A stretch of DNA of 64,000 nt from Octopus vulgaris. Lineage: Eukaryota. The notes beneath the pieces were generated by a model, which was not told the DNA's origin, ran no database searches, and saw nothing but the letters and a program-made list of their open reading frames with translations. The translations under genes and the position numbers were made by a program. Location: contig OX597814.1 in the NCBI GenBank assembly GCA_951406725.2, positions 81,778,001 to 81,842,000 of the forward strand, given 5' to 3'. Below, one piece after another: positions 13,964-26,036 of this stretch. How positions within the stretch are numbered: the first letter of the stretch is position 1; each line of letters opens with the position of its first letter.

Positions 13964-16740
13964 CACCACCCTGATCTTAAAGATCACATTCTCTCTACTC
14001 CACGCTAAAGTCCACCATCCAACCGGGAGGGCGCCTTGCGCGTCGAGATCTTCTGAGGTTAGGTACCTCGTTCTCCTCCTCTCTACAATCATCATCCGAC
14101 GAAGTGACAATCCTGCGAAGTTCAAGACATGTCGCAGCATTCCATCCGCGGAGACGTTGTTTCTGGAACTGACCGCCGTCACCGTTCCTCTGCTCCACTT
14201 CAGTGGCTTAATCCAGACTTCCTCCCCTATTTTCACGCAAACAGGTCCCTTCTCTTCCTCGTGGCCCTCTGGCGCTTTACTCGGATGCCTCCATTCATAT
14301 TTAAATACCGCTCTGTGCGGCACAAATTCTTCAGCTTGTCCGGATCGGGGAGACATGTTGTACCAGAAAATTGTATCCAATGGCGAAATGTGCCCTCTTT
14401 CCACTATGGCCTTGACTGTCCAATGGTGCCTCTCTACGATTCCGTTACCGCTTGGCCTATATGCTTCTCTGAACAAGCGACGCACTTTCCACCGGTCGAG
14501 CATATCCCTCAACGCTTCCGAACGAAATGCCGCCCCGTTGTCCATTAGCAGTTCTTCTATAGGACCCCTCTCTAAAAATATCCCATTCAAAATTTGTACA
14601 ATCTCATCAGCAATGCCCGTTCTCAACTCTCTCCAAATGGTCAGCCGACCCGGCCTGCAGGCGACCATGGAGAGATACATTCTCTGACGGTAGTGCGTCA
14701 CATCCACAGTTAGCCTCTTCCAGTTGTGCTCCACCGAAATGTTTCCTGGCTCATGCCCACATGGAGCAGGGTCAATGGACTGACACCTGTCGCAGCTCCC
14801 GACCACTTTCCGGATGCATCTCCAAGTAACGTCAGCATCAATTTTTTTGCGAGATACAGAGTCCTGTCCACACCCAAGTGATGCATAGCATGCAGTCTCT
14901 TCAGTTCGGAGTCATCCAACCGACACACCGCAGCTAACCCTTTCTGTGCCTCCTCCGGTTCTTCCAACCACGCCCTTTTCACCCTGGTCAGTGCGTCTGC
15001 CGTTTCTCTACGAAGGCATGAAAACCACGTTCAGCTTCAGTCCAAACTTGGCAATCAATTCTCCTAAGTCTCCTAGACGGCGCTTCACCAACATCTCTGC
15101 GGCACCTTTCGTTCGTACTCTCCTCTCACCGGTGATTACCGATCCTACCCAGCCATGCACTGGCCGAATTCGTCCGGATTTTGATTGAGCGCAGCCCCCA
15201 TTTCAGGGCCAAGTTCACCGCGTCTAATTCGGCGACATTGATGTGGTTAAAGTCATCTGCCTTCTGAAGCCAGGCACCTTCGATCTCCAGCACAACCCCT
15301 ATCGCTATACTGCTAGCATCACACCAGACGATCCCGCATTCCGTTTTGGGCACATACTAGTCCCCCCTGACCGGGTCTTCTGCTCTCGTCCTCTCTAGGA
15401 TTTCCTGCATCATCGCCACCGTACCTTCTCCCACCTTGTCGCCCCAACTCTCCCTCTCCGCTCATCTCTTGTAACTGCACGCTGTGCCCAGCGATCGGAT
15501 AGTGACCGACCATCTTCCCACACACCGAGAACAGCTCTCTCCTGCTGACGCTGGAATTCAGCTCTGGGATTTCATTCCCTCTCCGGAACAGCAACACACC
15601 CGATGTAGCTCTTCGCAGCTTCAGCCCCAGTGCAGCTCCCGCTTCCATCGACTCCGGTGGCTTTGCAATCAGTCTGAACTTCTCCAGATGTCTCACTACC
15701 TCGTTGGCTGGCACTACAGTTTCGTCCACTAAAATGTCGTCTATGTAGGAACTGGTGGCCTTTCTAATCTTGTCCTCTTTCCCTAGGACAGACTTAAGCA
15801 CTGCCACCATGATCTTCAGAGCGGAATTCAGTCTGAAACCCAGCCTAGTTAAACAGTACGTCCGGCCCTTGTACCGCACCAGCTGATATCGCCACAGTTT
15901 GTCGCTCACATGGAGCTGCAAGTATGCCGATTTCAAGTCGACAATCATCGCTGCCTTGGTCGACTGTCTCCACGCACGTAACGTCTCGCCAAAAACGTCC
16001 ATCGCCTCGCCAAAAACGTCCATCGCCTCGCCTCCCGTGTGGCACGATAAGGACCCCTTCCTCGATCCACCTCTCCACTTCGTCTTCAAACTCGACCCTG
16101 GTGTGACCTTTCACGGTATGCTGGTAGCAGCTCATTCTGTTTTTCAGCATCAGGGGCTCGTCCTTCCATCGCCACTCTATCGTCCACCGCTGACCATCGA
16201 ACGCCGCCTGATAATCTTTGTCCTCAATGGTGTAAGCAGCGCAGTCCCTCGCGGAGCCTTGCTCTCTCTGGCGATCCTGACTCACAGCGCACGACGCCTC
16301 CACGCTTCTGAACGTGACCTCATCTCCTACAATACTGACGTCACCGAGGCGGTTATTGGCGTCCATCCCCATCACCACATCAATCCCGTCTATCACGGAT
16401 TCAACCACAATTACCTGCAGCCTTAGCGTCATGCCTCGCACCACTATCTCTACCGTGCTGCTGCTTTTGCAACAGATTTCGTCGCCGTCGACCGCCCGGA
16501 TGCTACTTGCCCTATTCCATTTCTTCGTCACCCTTGAAGTCATGAGGGTGGTCTTGCAACCCGTATCCACGAGGGCCTTTAACATCTTCCCCTTGGCCTC
16601 GGCATCAATTAAAGGCAGCGTCTCCAAAAGCGCCTCTACTCATTTGTGGGGAAAGTTCGAGAGGCAGCAACTTCCCCACGGTCGTTTCCCTGGTCGCAAT
16701 CACGAGCGATGTGCCCTGTCTGCCTGCATCGATAGCAGAT
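13691..16740 (-). mobile_element. Ty3/Gypsy-type LTR retrotransposon, decayed, 5' part deleted
   Basis: Domain order is gag CCHC knuckle (CYRCRQTGHIARDC), protease (ALVDTGC), RT (VDLKSAYLQL, YIDDILV), RNase H (WCDASS, HINVAELDA) and integrase (HHLG..CDRC, VDVTH, DNGAAF, GNGIVER). PR-RT-RH-INT order indicates Gypsy. Multiple frameshifts and a 21-bp tandem duplication near 15985-16030. Confidence 0.92.
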
Positions 16741-17110
16741 AGTTTTCTTCTGGAGTTTTGTTTTGACAAGGAGGTTTTTCCCCTCTTTCTCAAAGGTTGT
16801 CATCACTTTCGAGACAGTACTTCTTGATACACCAAACATTTCAGCTGTTTTCTTTACACTAGCACCTGTCATACAAGCACCAACAATTTTACATTTTTTG
16901 AAAGTTTGATAGATCTGTCATTTTAATGAATTTTAATTACCTTTTTCTGATGATATCTGAAAAGAAACAGCAATTTTAGCATAACATATTAAGCAGTACT
17001 AATAATAAATAAAAAAACATAAAAATGAATAAGCTTTTCAGGGTTTTATGGATATTTCAAAATTATGATGCTATGATGCTAGGTGTTTCCATTGTTTTAT
17101 CCAACCCCTG
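16741..17110 (-). mobile_element. Tc1-like DNA transposon 5' fragment
   Basis: TA|CAGGGGTTGGATAAAACAATGGAAACACC terminus at 17110 and a paired-like HTH (GASVKKTAEMFGVSRSTVSKVMTTFEKEGK). Confidence 0.8.
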
Positions 17111-17356
17111 TATATATATATAAAGGATATTAGCTTTGAGGAAGATAGATTTGTAGCCAGTTGCTCAGTACTTCTGGCTAATTAATTGATGAAATGAAAG
17201 ATTGAATGAATATGTGTACGCAATGTACAGCAGTTGCATTGTGCTAGCCTATTCAAAACATATGTAAGCTAAATAGATTGTTGATAATTCATCTTCATTC
17301 TTTATGAATTTTCTCTTTCTCTCTCTCTCTATATATATATTCATACATATACATAT

Positions 17357-17511
17357 GCACAGGTGTGGCTGTGTGGTAAGAAGCTTGCCTCCCAACTACT
17401 TGGCTCCAAGTTCAGTTCCACTGCACTCCTTGGGCAAGTGTCTTCTACTGTAGCCTTGGGCTGACCAAAACCTTGTGAGTGGATTTGGTTGATGGGAACT
17501 GAAAGAAACCC

Positions 17512-17554
<43 letters not shown>

Positions 17555-17800
17555 ATATATATATATATATGTATATATCTATGTGTGTTTGTCTTAGTGT
17601 CTGTGTTTGACCCCCCCCCATCACCACTTGACAGCTGGTGTTGGTGTATTTAGGTCCCAATAACTTAGCAGTTTAGCAAAAGAGACCAATAGAATAAATA
17701 CTAGGCTTAAAAAATAAGTCTGGGGGTCAATTTGTTTGGCTAAAAATCCTTCAAGGCAGTGCTCCAGCATGGCTGCAGTTAAATGACTGAAACAAGTAAA
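17357..17800 (+). mobile_element. tRNA-derived SINE, family A (full length, diverged)
   Basis: A-box head TGTGGCTGTGTGGTAAG, CCTTGGGCAAG core, internal (TG)n and tail CAGCATGGCTGCAG...GACTGAAACAAGTAAA. Confidence 0.85.
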
Positions 17801-17821
17801 TGAATAGAAAAATAAATGCCT

Positions 17822-18950
17822 CATCATTTAATGTCTGTTTTCCATGCTGGCATGGGCTGGGTGGTTTGACAGGAGCAGGCAAAGCCAGAACCACACCAAT
17901 CTTCATTGTTTTGGGATGGATTCTACAGTTAGGTGCCCTTCCTAATGCCAAGCACTTTACAAAGTGATCTGGGTGCCTTTTATGGACCAGTTGCTTTTTA
18001 TAACTGGGTCACCAAGTACCTTGCAAGACAAAAAAACTTTCAAATGGGATGGAGGAGTAGTATTGAAGGAGTGTGGCTTTGTGTCAGTTGGGAAATTAAA
18101 GATATAGGAACAGAGATAAGTGTCTTGCAGTAGAGTAGATACATAGATACCCCATTTGGGAAAGAAAAGAGAGCAAGCTAGAGAGTAACATAAGGAGAGC
18201 AACAATGAGAGGTATGATGGTGAAGATGTGTTGGGACATTCTCTCAAGGGATATTGAGGAATGTGAGAATAGGTGAGGTGATATATAAAGGATAGGACTG
18301 GGTGAGTGGGAAGGAATGAGGTGATGGTAGTAAATGATGGAGAGCAATATAGGTGGGGCTCCAGGTATGTGGTTGTAGTAGATGTGTGAGGGCATCAAGG
18401 GTGATAGTAGATAAGTGAAGTGTTAATGATGGAGGACAGCACAGGGTAAAGAAGGAGCAGAATGGAGGTGATTGGTGGAGAAAGTGGGCAGGGGAAGATA
18501 ATGAAAAATGAAAGTGATTTGGTTTGGGGGTAAGTGAGGTAACTGAAAAAGCTGGCAGGTATAGTTCATGCCTTTTCTGCAGGAGATAGAAAAGTGGGAT
18601 GAAATGAGCAGGGAAAAGATTGATATGGGTAGGGCAGAGCCCTTCATGGATAGGCATTATCAAGGTGGTTTTAGGATATCAATTCTGCCATGGTGAACGG
18701 GTCTTCCTGAGTACAGTGGGGTGTCAGGTATCTCAGTCCTTTTGCTATCTTCTTTGTTAAGGTTCAGTATCTTGAGATCAGCCTTTGACACTTCATCCAT
18801 GTCTTTATGGGTCTCCCACTTCCACAAGTTTCATCCACTTTAAGTGATCAGCACTTTTTTATGAAACTGTCCTTATCCTTATGCCATCACATGATCAAAC
18901 TAGTCTGTTTCCTCTTGAGCATTGCATCCGATTCCTCTTATGCCTAACTT
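17822..18950 (-). mobile_element. decayed RTE LINE 3' relic
   Basis: Same 3' tail as the 19806 element (TAGGAAGGGCA, CCATGCCAGCATGGAAAA, GATGA) and a CG.GRP.KTW-like C-terminal remnant near 18790-18840. Confidence 0.55.
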
Positions 18951-18989
18951 ACTCTCAATACACATGTACTCTCTCTCACACACACATAC

Positions 18990-19044
<55 letters not shown>

Positions 19045-19049
<5 letters not shown>

Positions 19050-19537
19050 AAATAAGAAAATGGAGAAATACATCTAAATCATTTATCAACTACCAGATAA
19101 TACCCAATCACATACTTTATTAAACCACTACATAAGAACATTAGGGTTAAACATAAAAATATATAACAAAACAGCGTACATGAATGAGTAATACAATACA
19201 ATAAGTACAATCATTATAAGAGGATATAAATAAATAAATATAAATAAATATAAATATAAATATACACTATTGCATATTGTAAATAAATAAATATAAATAG
19301 ATATAAATATAAATATACACTATTGTATATTTATATTTATATCTATTTATATTTATTTATTTATATCCTCTTATAATGATTATACTTATTGTATTGTATT
19401 ACTCATTCATGTATGCTGTTATATTTTTATGTTTAACCCTAATGTTCTTATGTTGTGGTTTAATAAAGTATGTGATTGGGTATTATCTGGTAGTTGATAA
19501 ATGATTTAGATGTATTTCTCCATTTTCTTATTTTGTA
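19045..19537. repeat. long inverted repeat (arms of about 200 bp) flanked by (TA)n
   Basis: 19045-19240 is the near-perfect reverse complement of about 19345-19537 (TACAAAATAAGAAAATGGAGAAATACATC... and ...GATGTATTTCTCCATTTTCTTATTTTGTA). Confidence 0.9.
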
Positions 19538-19706
19538 TTATTAATTTATGGTAAAAATAATTTTACCTTTGCCCATGTAATACAGTAAATGAATTAATTG
19601 CATCGCAATTCTTAACATTTATGTATTAACTTTGTTGGGTACTTCACTAGCAGTATATTGGATATATGTTATCCCATGGAGGGTTGAATTTGCAACCCCT
19701 ATCTCA

Positions 19707-19777
<71 letters not shown>

Positions 19778-19805
19778 TACATATATATATATACACATAT
19801 ATATA

Positions 19806-21660
19806 TGAAAGACAGTGTGTGAGAGAGAATTGTGATGTGGTAGGAGAGAAGTGTGTTTGCATGGAAGATGGTTCACTTGCGCAAAATGAGGATGCAAAGA
19901 GAGAGGTTTGGAGACGCCACTATGAAAGGTTGCTGAATAAAGAAAATGAATGGGATAAAGAGAGTCTGCCAAATGTTGACCAAACAGAGGGACCAGCTAT
20001 CCGAGTTGACAGTTCCTTGGTAGTTAAGGCAATTAGATGCATGAAGACAGGGAAAGCCCCAGGCCCATCAGGAATCACTGTAGAGATGCTCAAAATATCT
20101 GGTAGTGTCGGCTATAGCCTAGTCACCCGTATAGTTAATCAGGTGATACACGAAGGAGTCATACCCAATGACTGGTGTAGCAGCATAATAGTCAACTGCT
20201 ACAAAGGTAAAGGTGACACCCTAGATACAAATAACTACAGAGGTATCAAGCTGTTGGATCAGGTAATGAAGGTTATGGAGAGGGTCATAGCCCAACTAAT
20301 TAGAGAGAGAGTTAGTTTAGATGAGATGCAGTTTGGGTTCGTGCCAGGGAAAAGTACTACTGATGCTATATTCCTGGTAAGGCAGCTGCAGGAGAAATAC
20401 CTAGCCAAAGATAAGTCCCTGTACCTGGATTTTGTTGACATGGAGAAAGCCTTTGACAGGGTCCCCCAATCCCTTATCTGGTGGTCAATGAGGAAACTAG
20501 GGATAGATGAATGGTTAGTGAGAGCTGTGCGAGTCATGTACAGGGACGCTGCTAGTAAGGTGAGGGTTGGCAACGAGTACAGTGAAGAATTCTGGGTAGA
20601 GGTAGGGGTCCACCAAGGCTCAGTCCTCAGCCCCCTCCTATTTATCATAGTCCTCCAGGCAATAACGGAGGAATTCAAGACAGGATGCCCTTGGGAGCTC
20701 CTCTATGCTGATGACCTTGCTCTAATTGCTGAGTCACTATCAGAACTGGAGGAGAAGTTTCAGGTGTGGAATCAAGGATTAGAATCGAAGGGCCTTAGAG
20801 TCAATCTAGCTAAAACCAAAGTCCTAATAAGTAGGAAGGTAGACAAATCACAAACGCCTTCAGGTAGATGGCCCTGCTCGATCTGTAGAAAAGGTGTAGG
20901 TAGAAACTCTATAAGATGCACCAAGTATAAGTTATGGACACATAAGAGGTGCAGCAATGTCAAAGGAAGGCTAACTAGGAAGATAGTTTTTGTATGTGGT
21001 AGATGCTCGGGAGCAATAAACACTGAAAATGCTCTGAGACCAACTTCTGTCACTTTCCAGGGAGAAAAACTAGAAATAGTTGATAGCTTCCATTAACTAG
21101 GTGACCAAGTCAGCAGCGGGGGTGGGTGTGCTGAAAGTGTAACTGCTAGAGTAACAATAGCTTGGGCAAAGTTCAGAGAGCTCTTACCTCTGCTGGTGAC
21201 AAAAGGCCTCTCGCTCAGAGTAAAAGGCAAACTGTATGATGCGTGTGTACGAACAGCCATGCTACATGGCAGTGAAACATGGGCCGTGACTGCTGAGGAT
21301 ATGCGTAAGCTCACAAGAAATGAAGCCAGTATGCTCCGATGGATGTGTAATGACAGTGTTCATACTCGACAGAGTGTAAGTACCTTGAGAGAAAAGCTGG
21401 CCCTAAGAAGCATCAGATGTGGTGTGCAAGAGAGACGTTTGCGCTGGTATGGACATGTGGCGAGAATGGATGAAGATAGTTGTGTGAAAAAGTGTCACAC
21501 CCTAGCGGTTGAGGGAACCTGTGGAAGAGGCAGACCCAGGAAAACCTGGGACGAGGTGGTGAAGCACGACCTTCGAACTTTAGGTCTCACTGAGGAAATG
21601 ACTAGAGACCGAGACCTCTGGAAGTATGCTGTGTGTGAGAAGACCCGGCATGACAAGTGA
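19806..21660 (+). pseudogene. RTE reverse transcriptase ORF with one premature stop
   Basis: ORFs 19666-21096 and 21196-21660 are in the same frame. FH*LGD replaces the conserved F.YLG motif. Confidence 0.9.
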
Positions 21661-21812
21661 GACCATAACCCGTGGCCTTCTACACGGGATGTAGCCAGTC
21701 CACTTATGCATACCTTCCCTTCTTGGGACACAAACTCTACTTGTGAAGACCTGTTGAGGCAAGTGAGAATTAGAATCGAAATCGATAAATGGAAATTGCA
21801 GCTGAGTTACCA

Positions 21813-22092
21813 GTGCTGGTGGCACGTAAGAGAACCATCCGAACATGGCCGTTGCCAGCGCCGCCCCGACTGGCCTCGTGCTGGTGGCACGTAAAAAGCA
21901 CCATCCGTTCATGGCCGTTGCCAGTGCCGCCCCAACTGGCCTCGTGCCGGTGGCACGTAAAAAGCACCATCCGTTTGTGGCCGTTGCCAGCCTCGCCTGG
22001 CACCCGTGCCGGTGGCACATAAAAAGCACCACCCGATTGTGGCCGTTGCCAGTTTCGTCTGGTCTCCGTGCTGGTGGCACGTAAAAAGCACC
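21813..22092 (+). repeat. 4.4 copies of a 62-66 bp tandem repeat in the RTE 3' UTR
   Basis: Units start at 21813, 21878, 21944, 22006 and 22068, each beginning GTGCYGGTGGCACRTAA(AAAGCACC). Confidence 0.9.
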
Positions 22093-22277
22093 CACTACAC
22101 TCATGGAGTGGTTGGCGTTAGGAAGGGCATCCAGCCGTAGAAACATTGCCAGATCAAACTGGGCCTGGTGCAGCCTTCTGGCTTCCCAGACCCCAGTTGA
22201 ACCGTCCAACCCATGCTAGCATGGAAAGCGGATGCTAAACGATGATGATGATGATGATGATGATGATATGTGTATAA

Positions 22278-22308
<31 letters not shown>

Positions 22309-22431
22309 GTGAGAGTGAGAGACAGAGAGAGAGTAAAGTTTATTTGCCAACATTCAGAAATAAACTTTATTCTATAGTACTGTTGCTGCATGTATCTTGT
22401 TCAGAGATTTAGAACTAATAGTTTTTCTGTT

Positions 22432-22532
<101 letters not shown>

Positions 22533-23077
22533 CTGTGTCTGTGCACGTGCGCACATATATATAATTTGAATATAATCTGGGTAAAGTCAAAGGCACCTCA
22601 TGGCACTCACATCTCCAGTTGACATGACAGACATTCTAACATTGTACCAAAACATGTTAATTTCAGCTTCTCTAATTGATACACACACAAAACTATAAAT
22701 GTTAGATCCAAGGATCGAGGTGTAAGAAGAAAGTGAGCTTCAAGCAATCCATAGAAAATATAAAACAACAACTTTCAGGAACAATTTTTATTTGCTAGAA
22801 AAGCAAATAAATATCCAAGAGTTAAGGAATGGAGTAGATAAAATCTGGGCTACATATGTTTCATAGCAAATGGAACCTTGGAAGTGGTAAATATCCAAAT
22901 GAGGTGTATACCACAAGCTACCCTTCAGGCCAAGGGTATCTTGATTAAATGAAGTTTACTTTGTTGTTCGGATGCCCATGTTAAACACATAGAGGATTCG
23001 ATCCTCCTCCTCCTCCTCCTCCTCACCGCCACCACCGCCGCCGCCGCCACCACCACCACCACCACCACCACCACCTA

Positions 23078-23577
23078 GTTCTGTCTACCATATTCACTCA
23101 CAAGCTATTGGTTGGCCTGGGGGTATAATGTAGTAGAACTCATTTCTTCTTTGGGACTGAACTTGAAACCATGTGGTTACAAAACAAGCTTCTTAACCAC
23201 ACACGTGAGTGTGTGTGTGTGTGTATGTGTGTGTGTGTATTCTTTTATTCTTTTACTTGTGGCCATGCTAGAGCACCACCTTAAAGGGTTTTAGTTAAAG
23301 AAATCAACCCTAGGACTTATTCTTTGTAAGTCTAGTACTTATTCTATTGGTCTCTTTTGCCAAACCACAAAGTTATGGGGATGTAAATACACCAACATCA
23401 GTTGTCATGTGATGGTGGATGGTGGGTGGTAGCAAACAGACACAAACACACACAAACACACACACACGTATATATGATGGGTTTCTTTCAGTTTTCATCT
23501 ACCAAATCCGCTTACAAGGCTTTGGTTTGCCTGAGGCTATAATAGAAGACACTTGCTCAGAGTGTCACACAGTGGGA
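23078..23577 (-). mobile_element. two adjacent family A SINE copies
   Basis: Similar to 42732-43126 over about 23078-23203 and about 23240-23577. Confidence 0.7.
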
Positions 23578-24116
23578 TAAATTATCTTTCTGTTTCATTT
23601 TTATTTATCAAAATTTTTTTTTAAATAGAAATAAAATTTTCAGTGGTGTCATTATAACATTATGAAACTCCCTACTATAATAATTTCAAAATTTATTTTA
23701 TGAATTCACAAAATTACTAAATGACAATCCTATTGAAACCAGGATATTTATACATGTTGTTGTGTATTTGTGCAGTATCTTAGTTACTTTCTCTTGTTTG
23801 ACTATATCATGCCCAGATATCCTGATTGGAAGGTTTAGCATGTCATTCAGCTTATTACCATCACCTGGTCTTTAGGTGCCTTTAGCAGAATTCTCTCTGT
23901 TGCAAACATTTAAATTAGATTTGGTTCTGTCTCTCTTCACAGTCTTCATTGACTTATAAATATTCAAACTAGGCATGAACCTCAACAGCCTAAGATGGTC
24001 TATAAGAGTCATATGCACTTCCACACCACTTCTGCCCAACATGTGAAGAAACCAAAAAATTATATGTGATATATGAGTTTCCTCTGTAAGGGATTATTTA
24101 TCTCTAATCCTTTTAA

Positions 24117-24249
24117 CCCTTTAGCATTTAAATTGGCCACATCTAGCCTGTTTTATGTTCCAACTGGCCTGGTATGGCCTCTCACACTTACCCTACAATG
24201 TCATTCACATCATATACAATCACATCATCAAAATCTGAATGCTAAAAGG
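24117..24249. mobile_element. piggyBac-type MITE (133 bp)
   Basis: TTAA|CCCTTTAGCATT...AATGCTAAAAGG|TTAA, giving TIRs and a TTAA TSD. Confidence 0.8.
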
Positions 24250-25721
24250 TTAAACTCTTGACAAACTTCTATATCTGAAAGCACTTAGCACTTTAGCCAT
24301 ATCTTGATTTTTATTTGCATTTGAAAGATAAACTGAATGTAAGTGAGTTGTGACAAGGATTTTACAAATAAAAAAATGATTATGAACATGTAATGCAAAT
24401 GATATATGTGATTATGTAAAAAAAGTTTTGAAATCAGTAGTAAAAAGCTCTAGGAATAAATTGAACAATTTGCAACTCTGGCGGAATTTGAAATCAGAAC
24501 AAAAGGACGGACGAATTGCCGCTAAGCATTTTGGTCGGCGTGCTAAAGATTCTGCCAGCTGACCACTTTGATTTATAGGATCATTAAATCATGAGCGGTA
24601 TTTCGTTAACCCAGGAAGAAAGAACGGTAAAGTTTATTGTAGTATTTGAACTCAGAAAGTAAAAACCTATAAATAAAAATACTGAATACATTCTATCCAA
24701 CGCTCTAACGGGTCTGCCGATTGACTATGTGTAATTTAATATTTCCCTCCTACTAAAAAATGGGGGGAAAAAAAGATAAAATTCGATGTTTCAAAAGTTA
24801 AAGCTAAAATATAGATATGTTAAAAATGTAAACAACTAAGATGGTAAAAATAATCCTGATACTAATTGCACTTTTATGATCCCTGTTGGAAGAAAATGAG
24901 GAACCGATTTGTACACTAAGTTTAGTCAGGATACAATATTCTTTCAGGGAAAATAACTCTTCCTACTTTACAATGACAAAGAGTTACTTCCCTTCACTCC
25001 ATTTCGCTCATGTTTTCAGTTAGATCAACTTAGGATTTCAGTAGTTTTAAATAGATTATGACATACGCTGTATTTAATTGCAACTTCTTAAATTCCGAGT
25101 TCAATTTTTACCGGAGTTGACTTTGTTTTCATTTTACCAAGAAAGAAGCATGTAGCAGGGACAGTTCAATCGAATATGCTGTCTTCACTTTTAATTAATA
25201 GTCTTGGGCTAATGTTAAAAACTGGTTTCAAATTTTCGCACAAGGCCAGCTATTCCGGGGGAGAGGCTAAGTCGATTACATCGATCTCAATGCTCAAATG
25301 ATATTTATTTTATCGACTCTGGAGGATGAAAGGCAAAGTCAACCTCGATGGAATTTGAATTCAGAACATAAAGACAGACGAAATGGCGCTAAGGATTTTG
25401 CCCGGCGTGTTAACAATTCTACCAGTAAGCCGGGGTAGTAAATGCTTAATTTTAGTTTCAAATTTTGGAACAAGCCTAGCTAATGCTAAATATTAATATT
25501 ATTTTTATTCGGCAAGAATGGAATCTACTCACGAGAATTCTAACATATTTTAGGAGTTTATTAATGAAGTTTGTGAACAATATGTTCTTATATCTACAGA
25601 AAATATTAAACAAATTATCACTTTCTGAAGAATAGCATTTTTCAACCGATTGTGATATATCAAGACAATTTTACACGGCTTCTGTTTCACGTCCATAAAA
25701 TCAGACCTTATCACTTTCTTT

Positions 25722-25945
25722 TTTTACTACCCACAAGGGGCTAAACACAGAGAGGACAAACAAGGACAAACAAAGGGATTAAGTCGATTACATCGACCCC
25801 AGTGCCTAACTGGTACTTAATTTATCGACCCCGAAAGGATGAAAGGCAAAGTCGACCTCGGCGGAATTTGAACTCAGAACGTAACGACAGACGAAATACG
25901 GCTACGCATTTCACCCGGCGTACTAACGATTCTGCCAGCTCACCT
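25722..25945 (-). mobile_element. tRNA-derived SINE, family B
   Basis: Reverse complement of 38815-39045 (GAGCTGGCAGAATCGTTAG...GAGTTCAAATTCCGCCGAGGTCGAC...CCCCTTGTGGGTAGTAAA). Confidence 0.85.
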
Positions 25946-25996
25946 TATCACTTATCACCCCATCAACACACTCAAACCCTCAACATAGAGAGAACG

Positions 25997-26036
<40 letters not shown>

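Larger units (their letters stand above)
19806..22266 (+). mobile_element. RTE-clade LINE, 5'-truncated and young
   Basis: RT ORF (KAPGPSG, YKGKGD, NYRGIKL, QFGF, DMEKAFD, GVHQGSVLSP, YADD) continues in frame past a single TAA at 21094-21096 to 21660 (RRLRWYGHV, GRGRPRKTW). The 3' UTR has tandem repeats and a (GAT)n tail. Confidence 0.95.

Noticed and set aside
13869-14687. 272-aa plus-strand ORF
   Set aside because: Antisense shadow of the Gypsy integrase frame.
16947-16972. CTGATGA...GAAAC inside the Tc1 fragment
   Set aside because: Stems I, II and III cannot form.
19620-19700. Twister-like UAA...UGGAGGG motif
   Set aside because: The L4 loop (AAGC) and the pseudoknot pairings could not be fitted.
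21813-22092. CRISPR-like look of regularly spaced repeats
   Set aside because: The spacers are homologous to each other, the context is a eukaryotic LINE UTR, and there are no cas genes.
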